Origin: Perna viridis
Lineage: Eukaryota
Direction of reading: 5' to 3'
NCBI GenBank assembly: GCA_037379345.1
Contig: CM074511.1
Coordinates: forward strand, 49,296,862 to 49,360,861
Length of the DNA stretch: 64,000 nucleotides
Below are positions 12,853 through 25,953 of this stretch, piece by piece; the stretch's first letter is position 1; every line of letters starts with the position of its first letter. The notes under the pieces are model-generated. The model saw nothing but the letters and a program-made list of their open reading frames with translations. It ran no database searches and was not told where the DNA came from. The position numbers and the translations under genes were made by a program.

Positions 12853-15800
12853 AAGCCCTTTGTAGAAAACATTTGTTAAAAACCAAGCAGGACATACAAA
12901 AACTTAACAATGAAATACATACAGATCACAAACACAGCAGCATTACTGTTTTTGCTAAAATTGGGTGTAAAACTAATTTTGTAAGAAAAAATAACTAAAA
13001 TAGGCTCAAGGTTCATAGGTTTATCAATATTGTAATTTTTGTATTAAGTCTGTGAAACAGGGAAAATTTAGAGACAAATTTAAAATGTTCAGTGGGACGG
13101 CCATATACATAACTTTTAAGTCTCTACTCTGATCTTTGCACAGCCACTTCTTGCATTTTTTTGCTGATGTCATTCTGATGTCATATACACTCAGAAATAG
13201 AACATTCAATATCTAACTGCAACATACCAGTACAACATAATACATATGTATCTGCCTTTGATCTCAAAGATAAAAACAAATCAATATGTATCAATCATTC
13301 TAATGAAGTTTTATATTTGAATCAATCTTCCCTTGTATCAGAATGATTGTCAGTATGTATGACTTGACACAGTACCAATGAACTTTCTTTTAGGTCATGT
13401 TAACATGACATGTTTTTTTACAACAACTCTTATACAACCAATTCATTTTTACAAGATTTTTGACCTATATTTATATCAAGTACAACTTGAAAGTAATCTT
13501 AAGACATCCTGAATTGAAATAGGACTGCTGCACAGAATATTTTATGAGAAGCATCAGTTTAATAGAGGTCTGATAATAAAACCTCAGACCCACCATGGCA
13601 GAACCATGAAGTTATTTTTTTCTTCCTAGAAAATTGTAAAAAAATGAGGTTAATATTCACATGTGTTATAATGTACACAATAATGAATTATGCAAGATTA
13701 TTTATTGAACTCTATTCCTTTCAAAATATTTTCATGTTACAACATTAAAAAATTGAAACACCAAAATGAGACCATAAAGTACATGTAACTGATAAGCAAC
13801 TGAGTCAGTTCTTGCTCAGAATTTGTAGCTGACAGCTCCTGCTGATTGGGCCTCCTTTTCTCTCTTGGCCATCTCTCTATTAAAGTTGATATGGTCTTTC
13901 TTTTTGTTTTCTATTTATGAATGTTGTATCTTCAATTACCTTTCTATAAGTTAAGTAACGACGTCAGTAAATATAATTAATATATATATATATTAACAAG
14001 ATTTTGCCTATGAAATTTCAAAAGACATTCCAAATGCTTGTTTTCATACTGCAAGCTTGTCATATCATTGTAACAAAATAAAATGTCGGATCAGGACATT
14101 GCTTGTCTTATGAGCAGAGCATAATTTATCGAACCTCTAGAAAAGAACAAACCAAAGTCAATTCAATAGCTGACAGAAGCTATGTAAAGGTTTTACAGAC
14201 CAGCAGAAATAGTAAACAACCATAAACTGTACAAAGAGACACTATAAACATGGTGTACAAGTGGCTTGTATCAAACTTTGTTGAACTTGAAATGACTAAT
14301 TCAAGCAAGGATCCATATTGAATATCTGTATGTTTAACATAAGATTCAATGTTCCATCCATGTCCCAGTTGTGTAGTGATTGTAATAGACCAACGAAGTA
14401 CAAAAACATCGAAAAGTATTTATGTTTCAATTAAAAGTTTAACAAATTTATACATATTTATTGAATATAAACACAGTCAAAAGAAAACAACAGTCATACT
14501 GCATTAATGCTTATATCGGACCTAGTGCAATATCAGAATAATGTGTAAAAATTGGTTATTACACAGTATCATATTGCATTTGCATGCTCATACAATATTA
14601 CAAATATTTACCAATAGTCATGCAATAACCCTATGATATTGTTGGATGACATTAAGTTTCTACCCTATTGTTAGTTCTAAAGTTATATATTTTATACTTT
14701 TTTAAGTTATAATTTGATATTATATGGGACTGTATACAGTGCACATGCAATTACAGGTTAGGAGCACTAAGGGATAACAAAAATATCTAGGATCCAAACA
14801 CATATATTTTTATTGCCTAAACCTATACTATGACAGAGACAATTTTAGCCAAAAAGTAACCTGCACCAACATTGATTAAGCTCAATTATCAGTTATCTCT
14901 CTCAGTTAACTGGATAAGAATATAACTGAAGTTCAGGCCTATTATCTCATAGGAGAAAAACACATGTTGGGATTGAGTTTTTGAAATAGGAACTCTGGGA
15001 GGTACTACAATCAGAACTGTTTCAAAGGCTATCAGGTTTCTTATTTCAAAACGTTATTTTACACATTTACAGATGGGTGGCTTAAACAAGGAAGCAGATG
15101 CACACGACCTTCAAAGAAATTAGTTATCACATTTAGATCAGTTGACACAACCTGATACTAAGGACTAGTGATATTTATTTCCTGTTTTTGGTGGCAAACA
15201 CTCATAAACAAGTGACATGTGTCTAAATTAATTTTAAGCTCATGCACAAAACTTTGAGGTAAAACTATTGCCTTATGATAACAAGCATGAAGAGGTGGTG
15301 ACTAATGGAGGTCAAATTTAAGGTGTCAGGAATAAAAACCAAATCTAATGATGAATGGACCATGAAAATAACTGTTATTCATATATATTCAGTGTTTAGG
15401 TTCACTTATAGTGTAGACTTCATGAATCATCTTGGAACTCATTTAATACCTTAATAAAATGCCTTGCATGTCATGGCTTAATACATCCACATAGATCTGA
15501 AAGTATGGACAACACAGTTCATGCTAGATACAGCTTTGAAGTTTGATTGAGGTTGGATATTGACACAGGATGAGTTTGACTATTCCCGTTTAATCAGATA
15601 AACATATATGCAGATAAAAAATGCTTGTTTCAGACCCTGTGTTGCGAATAAACGATCACCACGTTACCAAATGCTAATAAACTGTTTGTGTGGCAAATTC
15701 ATTTTATTAATAAGAAGCCACTTTGTAAAATGATCTTTTGCAGTCGGACTCAGTCTACTTTTATAAAAAAAAAAAAAAAAAAAAACATTAAATCACTATC

Positions 15801-16219
15801 AAACAGAAGTCAGACTCAGTCCCCTGTAAGTAGTAACGCAGAAACTGTGTTTAATATTGGAACAAATCATACATGAAGAAATTCTGGATTGTTGCTCAAA
15901 AATTTGTTCAAAACTGGAAATGTGATACCACAACTGACTTAGTTTTGAATTCATTCCTTCCATTTAAAAAAAAGCATGGTGAATCTGCAAGCTTCCATTG
16001 CACCATACCAAAAGTCACCCATCAATCTCCAATAACTACTCAGAAAACCAACACACCAAAGGGCAGAATGCAAATGCCATGAAATATATATTTACAATGG
16101 TTGTATCAAAAAAAGCAGGATGATTCAATGTGGCTAATGAAAGGTTGTTATGGCTAAAGAAAATATGTAGCTATTAGCAAAAATGGCTAACAGATTTTTT
16201 TAATTTACTGCTAACACTG

Positions 16220-16872
16220 AGACCCCTTTTTTGGCCTTTAATTCCTAAAAGGGGTCATGCCACAACCCAAAAATTAATCCCAGCCTTCCTTTGGAGGTAT
16301 GAATTTCAAAGAGATCCATTTACTTTTAGTCAACTTATTGTCCAGATTTCAGCCGAGATGATTTCACGAGGTCAACAAACAAAGCAGAAATTGGCAATAT
16401 CGGAAGTAAATAGACAGCAAAAAAAGAATCGTAACAGTAAATCCAGATTTGAAAGAGGAAATTGGCTAAAAATAGAAAGAAAATCACGTCTACTTTAGGA
16501 AAAAATTCTTTTTTTCTAGGCCCATTTTGGTCCACTAATCATCAATGGTTTAAGTCTGAACACCCAAAATCAATTCCAGCCTGACCGAAGTGGTAAAGAA
16601 TATTGTGGAACAATATCATTCATATCCGAATGCTTTTTTTGAGTTCTTTAGTTAAATCCTGAAATGTCTGTTCTAACCCCATTTTGAGTCTGAACTCCAA
16701 AACAGTTAGTACTATAACCCAAAAAATCCATATCAACCTTCCTTTGTGGTTTATAACTTTATAGTAAAAATTTACAAAAATCAACTAATATTTAGTACAT
16801 GAAAACTCAGTAACTATGGACGACAGCACCATACCATTATACAACTGCAAAATATTTTACTCTTATAGAAAA
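16220..16872. mobile_element. Degraded HINE/Helentron-type element with diverged internal tandem subunits
   Basis: Three diverged 'cccaaaatcaatcccaaccttcc'-like subunits. Ends in 'ggacgac...atacc..tatac' plus a degenerate terminal hairpin and A-run. Related to 1-270. Confidence 0.55.
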
Positions 16873-17180
16873 ACAATATAAAGTAATGCTGAAATCAGTA
16901 AAAACATAGTCTATTTATGACTTTCAGCCAATATACAATGTGAGTTTTATTCCACATTTCTTCATATATTTAAGGAGTTTTTTGGAAAGGAATAAGTGCA
17001 ACCTATGAAGCCATAACTGTACTGACCTTATTCAATTCTTTACAGGTTGCTGCATATGCAATGCTTGATCAACAATTTAACTGCAAAAGTCAAATGAAAG
17101 TATTTTGAAGAATGATTATTTGAAAATAATTTTACTTCTTAAAAAAGATATTTCATGCATATCAGAATGAAAAAATTTAA

Positions 17181-17467
17181 ACAATCAAACAGACCCTGAT
17201 ACGTACTAGTCCAATACCCAGACAATCAAACAGACCCTGATATGTACTAGTCCAATACCCAGACAATCAAACAGACCCTGATATGTACTAGTCCAATACC
17301 CAGACAATCAAACAGACCCTGATACGTACTAGTCCAATACCCAGACAATCAAACAGACCCTGATATGTACTAGTCCAATACCCTGACAATCAAACAGACC
17401 CTGATATGTACTAGTCCAATACCCAGACAATCAAACAGACCCTGATATGTACTAGTCCAATACCCTG
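17181..17467. repeat. 41-bp minisatellite, 7 near-identical copies
   Basis: Unit acaatcaaacagaccctgatatgtactagtccaatacccag at 17181, 17222, 17263, 17304, 17345, 17386 and 17427. Confidence 0.97.
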
Positions 17468-17530
17468 AGCCATATTTTCATTGTGCTGACTTAAAGCAAA
17501 AACAGCCTACAGATAGGCAAGTCACCGGAC
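17438..17530 (-). mobile_element. Relic of the SINE family seen at 20040-20347, overlapping the last minisatellite unit
   Basis: 17438-17526 aligns without gaps to 20095-20183, with 61/89 identities by hand count. Confidence 0.6.
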
Positions 17531-17834
17531 ATAAACAACAACAAGACAGAATAAATATAAAAAATGTTTGGTTTAGGGCAACCATAGTTTTCAAAGTTTT
17601 GATGATACACTGCATTTAAAAGCACATGACATTCATGTCCTATTTTTCAGAGCTGAAGTCCAATAACTCCTATAATTAAAAAAGAGCTGGGAAAAAATTA
17701 ATAAATTCCTCATAATATTTTTGATTCATCATATTATACTTGGACAGATGGAAGAAAGGAGCATGGTTACCATAAAATTGGCATCAAGAATCTAAACAAA
17801 CCATTACAAATTTAACTAGAAAACAGTAGGCAAT

Positions 17835-17918
17835 GCTCAAGAAAACCCCCACTACCCATGAAATTGTATGGTCAAAGCTCAAGATACCACCCACTACCCA
17901 TGAAATTGTATGGTCAAA
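17835..17918. repeat. 42-bp tandem duplication (2 copies)
   Basis: gctcaaga....cccactacccatgaaattgtatggtcaaa at 17835 and 17877. Confidence 0.9.
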
Positions 17919-18947
17919 ATACAAAAATAAAGGAAGTGAAACAAAAAGAAATCACACCATACCTATATAAAGCATGCATTAAAATATCAAGTAACTGTGA
18001 TAATTAGCTGCAAAAAACTGATATGAAAATTTTTATTAAACTGATATGGGCAAAATAAAAACAAGGACTATTATACAGGAAGATATGGATACAACATATT
18101 AAGGGCAAGTTCGTGATAAACTATGCTTAGAGTACTAGTACAGAGAAATGTCAGTTTGTATAATTCTGGAAAGCTCTTGCATAAGAAGTTACCAATAACA
18201 TTCCGCAGATGAATATTGAAAGGGAATGGCTAAAAAAATTCATCAAAATGCTCCACTTTTAAAATGTTAAAACCTAATCTTAAATAAAAGTGACATTTCC
18301 TTTGGTTTATCACCTATCTATCTTGACCAGCATGTGTTATAATAACATACATTCGATATTCATATATAATAATATAAAAAGGTGTCTAATGTCTAATTTT
18401 AATAAATGTTGAACAATGGCAAGGAAGAGTAGGCATAGATGACAAAAGGATTAACAAAACTAGATTCTACTTTATCCATAATTTGATTATCAAACATAAA
18501 ACAACATGCGTACATAACATTTGCTCAACTCAAATGTGCAATATGAAAGCAATAATTTTTGCAAACCAATTTTGTCTCCCACATTCTGTATAGTATATGG
18601 TACATTTACATTCCACAATTTAAAAAAAACCACTTTCTATGATTTAAAACCAGCATACACCATACTGAGGTAAACCAATGGGGTTTAAAGTTACTATCAA
18701 ACAAAACCAAAAATTCTGAGCTGGAAAGTCTCATGGAATTCATGTGGGACTTGTGCATTTTGAAGCTGAACTGGTGGCTCTATCATATTTTGCCAAATCT
18801 CTTACATTTGCTTCTTGAAAGCATGACAGCCCAAAAATAGACCTGTAACATCACAATAGCAGCATTGGTTAGAATAAAAATTAGCATCTCCCTAAAAGGT
18901 CCTTTAAAGCAAAACCATCATACCCAAATTAACCATTGTAAACTTAC

Positions 18948-18978
18948 CTTTATTTAAGCCTTCAGCTAGACTAGCATC
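18948..18978 (-). other. Candidate 31-nt micro-exon (DASLAEGLNK)
   Basis: Minus strand reads aaatttttgcag|GATGCTAGTCTAGCTGAAGGCTTAAATAAAG|gtaagt. Acceptor and donor are canonical and one frame is open. No homology support. Confidence 0.25.
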
Positions 18979-19715
18979 CTGCAAAAATTTAAAATTCATC
19001 AAAAACTGGCACCACAAAGCAGCAGATTTCATTAAAGAAGACAAAAGAAATTAACAATTGATTTTTTCTGGATTATGTGGTTAATTCAATGCATTCAACA
19101 ATTGGTAAATCAACATTCTTCGACATAACGGATATTAAGGCACTGAATACAGCAAATTATATTAAAGTACATACTACCTCATTATCAGAAAATGACTTTC
19201 CTTTATTTCCATGATTAAGGCAGGCAGTGGACAATGGTCGATGTACAACAATGAAATTCCAACACACTAAATATGCACACAAAACACACATGATATGCAC
19301 ATGTCATTAATGCATAACTCCTGTGTGAACAGAGTATTTTCATATTGATTATATTTTTAGCTCTCATAAGTTTTTTTTCATGAGTTATATAAGAGGTGTA
19401 GGCGTATCAGAGACAACAAAACTTAAATTAAAGAAAGATTTTTAAAATTTGAATTTAAAGCTTAGTACTGTAAAACTAAATCATGATGTATTACACTCCA
19501 TCTTAATTTGTCAGAATACCTCTAATTTTATGTAGTTCAATCGCCAGTAAAAAATCAAGTTCAATTCATTGTTGAATAAAGCATGAAATAGAACATTCTC
19601 AAGTTTTTTTAATGTATATGGTATACATGTACTATGAAACCAAGGACACTTGACCTCAGAATATCAGCAGCCATTTGAAATTGCATAAAAGGGATGATGT
19701 ACTAAAACATAACAC

Positions 19716-19943
19716 TATTGACCCCAGGTCTTAGAGGCTATAAAGATATGTGCATAAAGGCAAGTTTGAATGCAACTACAACTAGAATAAGACATCACAA
19801 AAAACAAAACAAATTAGATACTATGAGATATTGACCCCAGGTCTTAGAGGCTATAAAGATATGTGCATAAAGGCAAGTTTGAATGCAACTACAACTAGAA
19901 TAAGACATCACAAAAAACAAAACAAATTAGATACTATGAGATA
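19716..19943. repeat. 113-bp perfect tandem duplication
   Basis: tattgaccccaggtcttagagg...atactatgaga at 19716 and 19829. The copies appear identical. Confidence 0.95.
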
Positions 19944-20039
19944 GAATCATTCCCTGGGAATCTAGCTATCATTTAATTCTTGTGAAAAATTTGTAAAAAC
20001 AGACTAATGGCAAAAGCCTAGAATCAAAGAATTGATAGA

Positions 20040-20347
20040 TTATGGTTAATTGGCGTATAGCAGATCAGGACAAGATAGACTGACCAATAGAATAGACCCT
20101 GCATTGTACTAGTTCGACACAGTGGGCCAGACCTTCAATGGGCTAGCTCACAGTAGCAATAGCCCCCAGGTAAGCATGTAACCTCAATTGGACACATTAT
20201 TCTGACTCTGAGCTGACCAGTCTTCACTCTACCTCCTTAAATACTGTATGTTTGGTGGAAGTTCAGTCTTTTGTGTGAGTCTGTCATGGATTGAACCAAC
20301 AACCTCCTGCACTCAAGGAAAGCATGCTACCCAGAGACCAACGAGGC
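20040..20347 (-). mobile_element. tRNA-derived SINE (V-domain/BivaV-like), diverged
   Basis: The minus-strand head has A-box-like TGGTCTCTGGGTAG (20327-20340) and B-box GGTTCAATCC (20288-20297). It is followed by 'aaagact...cagtatttaaggag...gactggtcagctcagagtcagaataatgtgtcc', which I recall as a bivalve V-SINE body. Confidence 0.7.
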
Positions 20348-20886
20348 AATTCTTAGAATAGAAAAATTGTTGGCTAAACTTACTTGGTGATTCCTATCTC
20401 ATCCCACCCCAAAAACCATAAAGGAAATCCTGAAAATCATTCAGAAAAAAAAAAAATGAATGGGAGGTGAAAAATTGGCAAAAGTTTTTTGATTCAGTCT
20501 AAAAACAGGAAATCATCCAATTTTTGTACAAATAAAGTCCCATAACTTGTAAATACAGTCAAAAAATGGGAAAATTAATAACCTCCCAAGCAAACTGATA
20601 AAAGTAATCCCATCCAGAAAGAGGGGCATATTTATTCTGTCACAATCTTACCTGTGAAGATAAACGTGGAACCCTCTGAGGGTCAAGAATTACATTAAAC
20701 ACAGCACTAAGAAAAGTTTTTCACTGGGATAATCAACGTTTTTGCAATAAAATTCACCACAACCCTGTAGTATATGACAAACTGTCTTGAGGTTATATTA
20801 TACAAGTTCAATCTTTAAACAAACTGTATTACCAGCTAAATCAATGAATTTTCAAACAACCCTTTTTTAACCACATTAAGAAGTAG

Positions 20887-21276
20887 TTAAGAACTCATCT
20901 GTCTAAGAATCAGATAAATTGTGTGTAAGGTGTGGCACATGGAGAAAAAATACACAGATATTTGATTGCATTATCCTGTATTTATACCTCATAACCTCAA
21001 GAAACTACTGTCAGTGTTTGTAAAGTTTGCATTTTTTAGATATAGATAGATCAAATTTAGTTGAAATTCACTATGAAAAACTGGCGGGAAAATTGTCCAG
21101 AAGATTTTCCTTATATAAGCAGTCAAAAAATATCTATGTCACCAGTGCTTCAGGAGAAATTTAAATAGAATAATAGTTGTTTTCTTGATGTATTTGAATG
21201 TTTGAGGCAAAAAAGACCAAATTGAGAAAAATGATGTGCCACACCTTGCCTGATTCTTAAACAGATTGATTCAGAA
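20887..21276. mobile_element. ~382-bp TTAA-bounded element, family B
   Basis: Left end TTAA gaactcatctgtc taagaatcag...aaggtgtggcacat. Right end atgtgccacacctt..ctgattctta aacagattgattc, with the right TTAA degenerate (agaa). Confidence 0.7.
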
Positions 21277-24200
21277 TTCAAGTATTTCCACCATTATCAG
21301 ATCTACATTTTTTATTCATTCTGTTCTATAGCAACCTATGTTCAAGTGAAAAGTGTTAAAATTTACTTCCTGTATTGGAAGGTCTTGGTCTTTTTCATGT
21401 TTGAAATCAATAGTCCACTTGAGAAAAAGCAGAAGTCCTCAACAAAGTGTCAAAGAAAAGGGTTGAAGGTCCAAGACCTAGATAAATGAAATTATGAAGG
21501 TCTCAGATCAGAAACTGAGGGTTCTAGACCTCGGACCAACCTAAATTAACACTAATTCAAACCCCTGTTAAGTCTGACAAACAGACAGATGAATGCATAA
21601 GCAATCAGCTAGATGACAGAAGAATAAGAATACTGATGTTTTACATCTACTCTTAATGCAATAAAAACATAAAATTGTACATGGTGACTACCGAGTACAG
21701 ATTTCTAAATGAAGTCCTCAGAAATGCTATTAAACACAATCACTCTGAAGGACATTTTATGGCTTAAGAAATAGCTGATTATTTTTAGTTGTAAGTATGG
21801 GACAAATATATTATTTTGCTGGTTCAACGATAATTGTTTCCCTACTTTATGACTGATATCAGTTCCTGCAGACATGTCCATTTTTAAACTTCAAAGACAA
21901 TCATGTGACAACAGTGTAAAAAGTGGAGACAACTCCTGTTTAAATTGCTCAGTCATGCAAATGTTTTTTTCAAATACTAATGTAGCTTGTCAGACAAAGA
22001 ATGTACAGAGCCTTTGAACCATCAGGAAAGAGTTTGTTATCACCTTGTTTTTACCCCTAGGAGTATCATATATAACAATTACATTATTACTTATGATTTG
22101 CTTGATGAAAATGTGACAAAATCTTTTTTTTCCACCTGCGCTTCATGTACTTTAGAAAGTTTTTTGCCTAGACTTGTTCGTGTCTTATGTACATGTCTGG
22201 ATTAGAGCCGACAGACTGTCACGTTTAACTCCTGTGAATCTGCTACTGTCTATCTTTGTCTGAAACAGTACTAAACTTGTTCTATTAAAAGAGTACTGAT
22301 ATCAATGGAGTGCTGGAAATGCTTTTTCTGGTATCTGTTCCAAAGCAGCATCCTTTAATTATTAATAGTGACACTATCCTGGTTCATTCTTTTATAAGAA
22401 GTAAAGCTGACTGTTTAAGGGGAAGAATATCAACTTTAAATTTCTCTTTTCATCTGTTGGTTAAAGTATGCAATAAAGATATTTTGTATTAAAATAAGGT
22501 CTACAGGTTTAGAAACTAGAGCATCATAACACAAAGTTCAGGCCAAATATTGCTAATCAGGATATTTTTTGAACTGATTATTTTGGGGATGGAGTAGGGG
22601 TTGAAATGGTAAAAAGCCATCAAGTTAGACATGAAAAAACATTACAGTCATGATAGAACTGGAAATAACTGGAGAGGGCCCGACTTTTAGGAATTTCTAG
22701 GTTTAACACTGGAATATTTTGTGGATACAGCAATGTAACAAACCAAAAACAGTAAGGCCAAAAAAGCTAAATACAGAACTTCAGAAAATTGGCATGACCT
22801 GAAGTAAGGTAGAAATAGTGATAAAAGAAAAAACAGGTTGTCTATATAGACAAAGGGATTACAAAATAATAGCTTACATGTAATGAAAGGCCTTCACCCT
22901 GTAAAATTTCAATCATGGTTTTAATATGACATAATTCAAAGCACATCATTATGAAATAGGTCATAAAACTGAATACAATCTTGATGGTAATTTTATAAGC
23001 ATTTATGACTATCATTAATTTGACAATGTTAATCTTTATTCTCCCACTAAAGGTGGGACAGAAACATTAGACTTGATCAGTCTAAACTGTGCATGTCTCA
23101 CTACATGTATGAAAGATCCCATTCATTAACACGAACCAAATCGTATTTCACCTGTAGTTAAATATGCACCTAAAGTCTCATTTATGGTTTCAACTTTCTC
23201 ATCATCAAACTAAATGAACCTATTAAGTAAGGGTGGAACAATACTCAGTAAATGTACACTTGTCAAATGACCGTGACATTCTAAATCCTATTTTATACAA
23301 GACATTCATTATTAAAGGAGATATTTTATACTGTCTACATTCATTGCTCCAATAAAACTGTCTGACATGGAAATTTAAGCAGCAGGGGTTTTCAGTACTT
23401 AACACTCTTAAATGCTAAAAGTGAAAACCTGAATGATCCACCTTGTTCTAAAAAGATTTCCTCTAACCCTCTGACATTATAGCCTAATCTCCTAAAATGA
23501 GAAGTCAGCAAATTGCGTCAAAGGCATCAGTATAAAAGCTCCGACATTCTTTCTTCCACCCCTGGTGACTAACTTACTGGTAAGCTATAATTATAAGTAC
23601 TCCAATTGCTTTTTAAATGCTTGATATCACATTGAGATGACAATTCATTTGTACCCAATATAATAAAGTCCCCAATACACATAACTGATAATCTAATGAC
23701 TAAACAGGTCTGAGGCAGGTTCTTCATGCCACAAATTCTTCTGACTTGGCCTATCCCCTGTAGATCATCCATTTACAAAAGGACTGACCTCTTTAATATT
23801 TCATCTTTAAAGAGTCTTATTGTGAGAAAAGATCAACTTTTTAATCTTTTTTGGTTTACAGGAAAACTGACCTCGTATAATTTTTAGCAATATCACGACT
23901 AACGCAAGAATCAACCTGAATATACCACACATTAACGGCAAATATGCTAATCTCCATCTAAACTTGAGAAGGATCATTACATTTTTTTCACAATTATCTG
24001 TCCTTAAGGTTCAGATAACTGTATAAAGTGTTTAAAAGCAGTTTAATGTATAGATGCTGACAATAGAACATAAAATTTTAATTACTTTTTTTTTTAAATG
24101 TTTTAACTTGTACCTCACAAAATGCAAGTTTTATACATGTAATTTGGTAAACATATCCATTTCAAAACACTTATAAATCTCACAACCTTACATAAAATTC

Positions 24201-24320
24201 TATTATAAACAGATTATAAATGGTGCCATGTAGCTAATATTCTCTTGTCTGAACCAGCTGATTTTAATGGGTCACAAAATAGACCTATTTCAGGACAAAA
24301 CTTTATTAGCACATTTTCTT

Positions 24321-24720
24321 ATCACAACTCATACGTTATGCCAGATCTTGCCGAAACTACGCAAACTTTTTGTATCGTGCTAGAACTCTAACAAATAGGC
24401 TTCTGGAACAGGGTTATGTTGCTACAAGATTGAAGTCATCACTACAGAAGTTTTATGGTCGTCATCATGAACTTGTGGATCGTTACTGTGTATCCATCAG
24501 CACCATATAAACTGATTTATTCAACGGGTCATAGTTTTCCTTTCCTCGTTTGTCTACCCCGGACTTGACTTTTTATGAGCAACTTGGCGGGTGTTTCTAG
24601 AAAAGCAGAGGATGCTTACCCTACCAGTGCACCTGGTCCATGCTCCTAGTTTTTAGTGGAGTCCGAGTTGCTCATATACTTTTGTTACTTTGTATGTATG
24701 ATTTTAGTTACTTTATGTTT
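24321..24720 (+). mobile_element. Penelope-like (Naiad-type) retroelement 3' fragment
   Basis: Frame from 24322 reads SQLIRYARSCRNYANFLYRARTLTNRLLEQGYVATRLKSSLQKFYGRHHELVDRYCVSISTI*TDLFNGS*. The UTR that follows matches the 12315-12852 copy but is 3'-truncated relative to it. Confidence 0.85.
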
Positions 24721-24759
24721 TTATTTTTCAGAGAAAAACAACAGCAAGGTTCACATGTT

Positions 24760-25000
24760 GTGATAAGTATATTCCCACTCATTCCAAATAGATATAAAAA
24801 CAAGTTCCCCAAACAGCAGCCAAAATCATTCAAAACATAAGAACCATCTGTATAAAACAAAATTTCTGATAAATTTAATTTATATTTAATATATGCACTG
24901 GGAGCCATGATAATTGGGACAAAATTCAGTCAGATCTATGGACCAGCAGGTGGACAAGGTGATTCCAATATACTACCCACTCATTGAGTGAGGGCATACT
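24760..25000. mobile_element. Possible HINE relic abutting the truncated Penelope-like copy
   Basis: Ends in 'ggacaaggtgattccaatatac' and hairpin cactca-t-tgagtg / gggcata, typical of HINE termini. Heavily diverged. Confidence 0.35.
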
Positions 25001-25953
25001 TTATATCCAGGGGTAATCACTGGTGTGATAGAAATACTGTTACATACAGTCATTATAGGAATAAGTGCTTAAAATGATTATAATTGTGACATCTATCTTT
25101 TATGACTCATTTGTAATGAATTATAAATATACTGTAGTCCAACTATGGCCCTAATTTTGAAATGATTATTAACAAATGAGATATTTGAAAAACATTTAGA
25201 AATGCTTTTGGTATTTTGTGTCAAACCAATAAAAATAATTTCATATGCAGGTATCTATAAACCACCATAATAAACTAAAAATAAGAAACTTTAGCCCATT
25301 TTTTCCAACTTGCTAACAATATGTCTAATTAGAAACAGTTCCACAGCATGGTAATTCATAAGTCATCAATTCAAAATTTGAGAAGGCAACCAAGTGTCAA
25401 TTAGGTGTCCATTTCAACAAATTTGAAATACATATAATTATGACAAATAGATATATCTTTCTGAAATGAAACAGATTTCCTTTTCACAGTGATGGGCAAG
25501 ATAAAATTGATAAGATTTATCTCAACAAATATCATATCAAATAGCTCATGTAAATAGTCACCCATTTGTGAGCACAACTTGGTTATATTTCAGAACTTGA
25601 AATTTAAGACATAAATTGGTATTGATTGGCTGTGACAGAGCACATTTTAGAAATTTGAAATAGTTGATATTTTACCATATAATTACCCATAAGTTACATC
25701 ATATTTAATAGTGAATGCAGATGTTACCAAAACATCAGACATTTTTTGCAGGATATTTCTGTGCAAATATATTGAACTTTTTTCATATTAGAAACCATAT
25801 ACAGTTTACGTGTCCTCTATAGAAAACATTATACTTGGAATATCATAACAGTAATTATAGAACTTTTCTATTTCTACAATAAACATGCAATATATGGCCT
25901 ACAACAATGAAAAAAAACTACTGGTAATAATTGAGCGGGAATCAACAAAAATG

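Noticed and set aside
13977-13996. Palindrome ttaatatatatatatattaa
   Set aside because: It is a simple (TA)n microsatellite, so self-complementarity is trivial.
20280-20347. tRNA gene
   Set aside because: Only degenerate A/B boxes are present with no cloverleaf, and the sequence continues into a SINE body.
20652-20706. Further minus-strand candidate exon (55 nt, ttttcttag|...cag|gtaaga)
   Set aside because: It is not frame-compatible with the other candidates and has no independent support. Such sites arise by chance.
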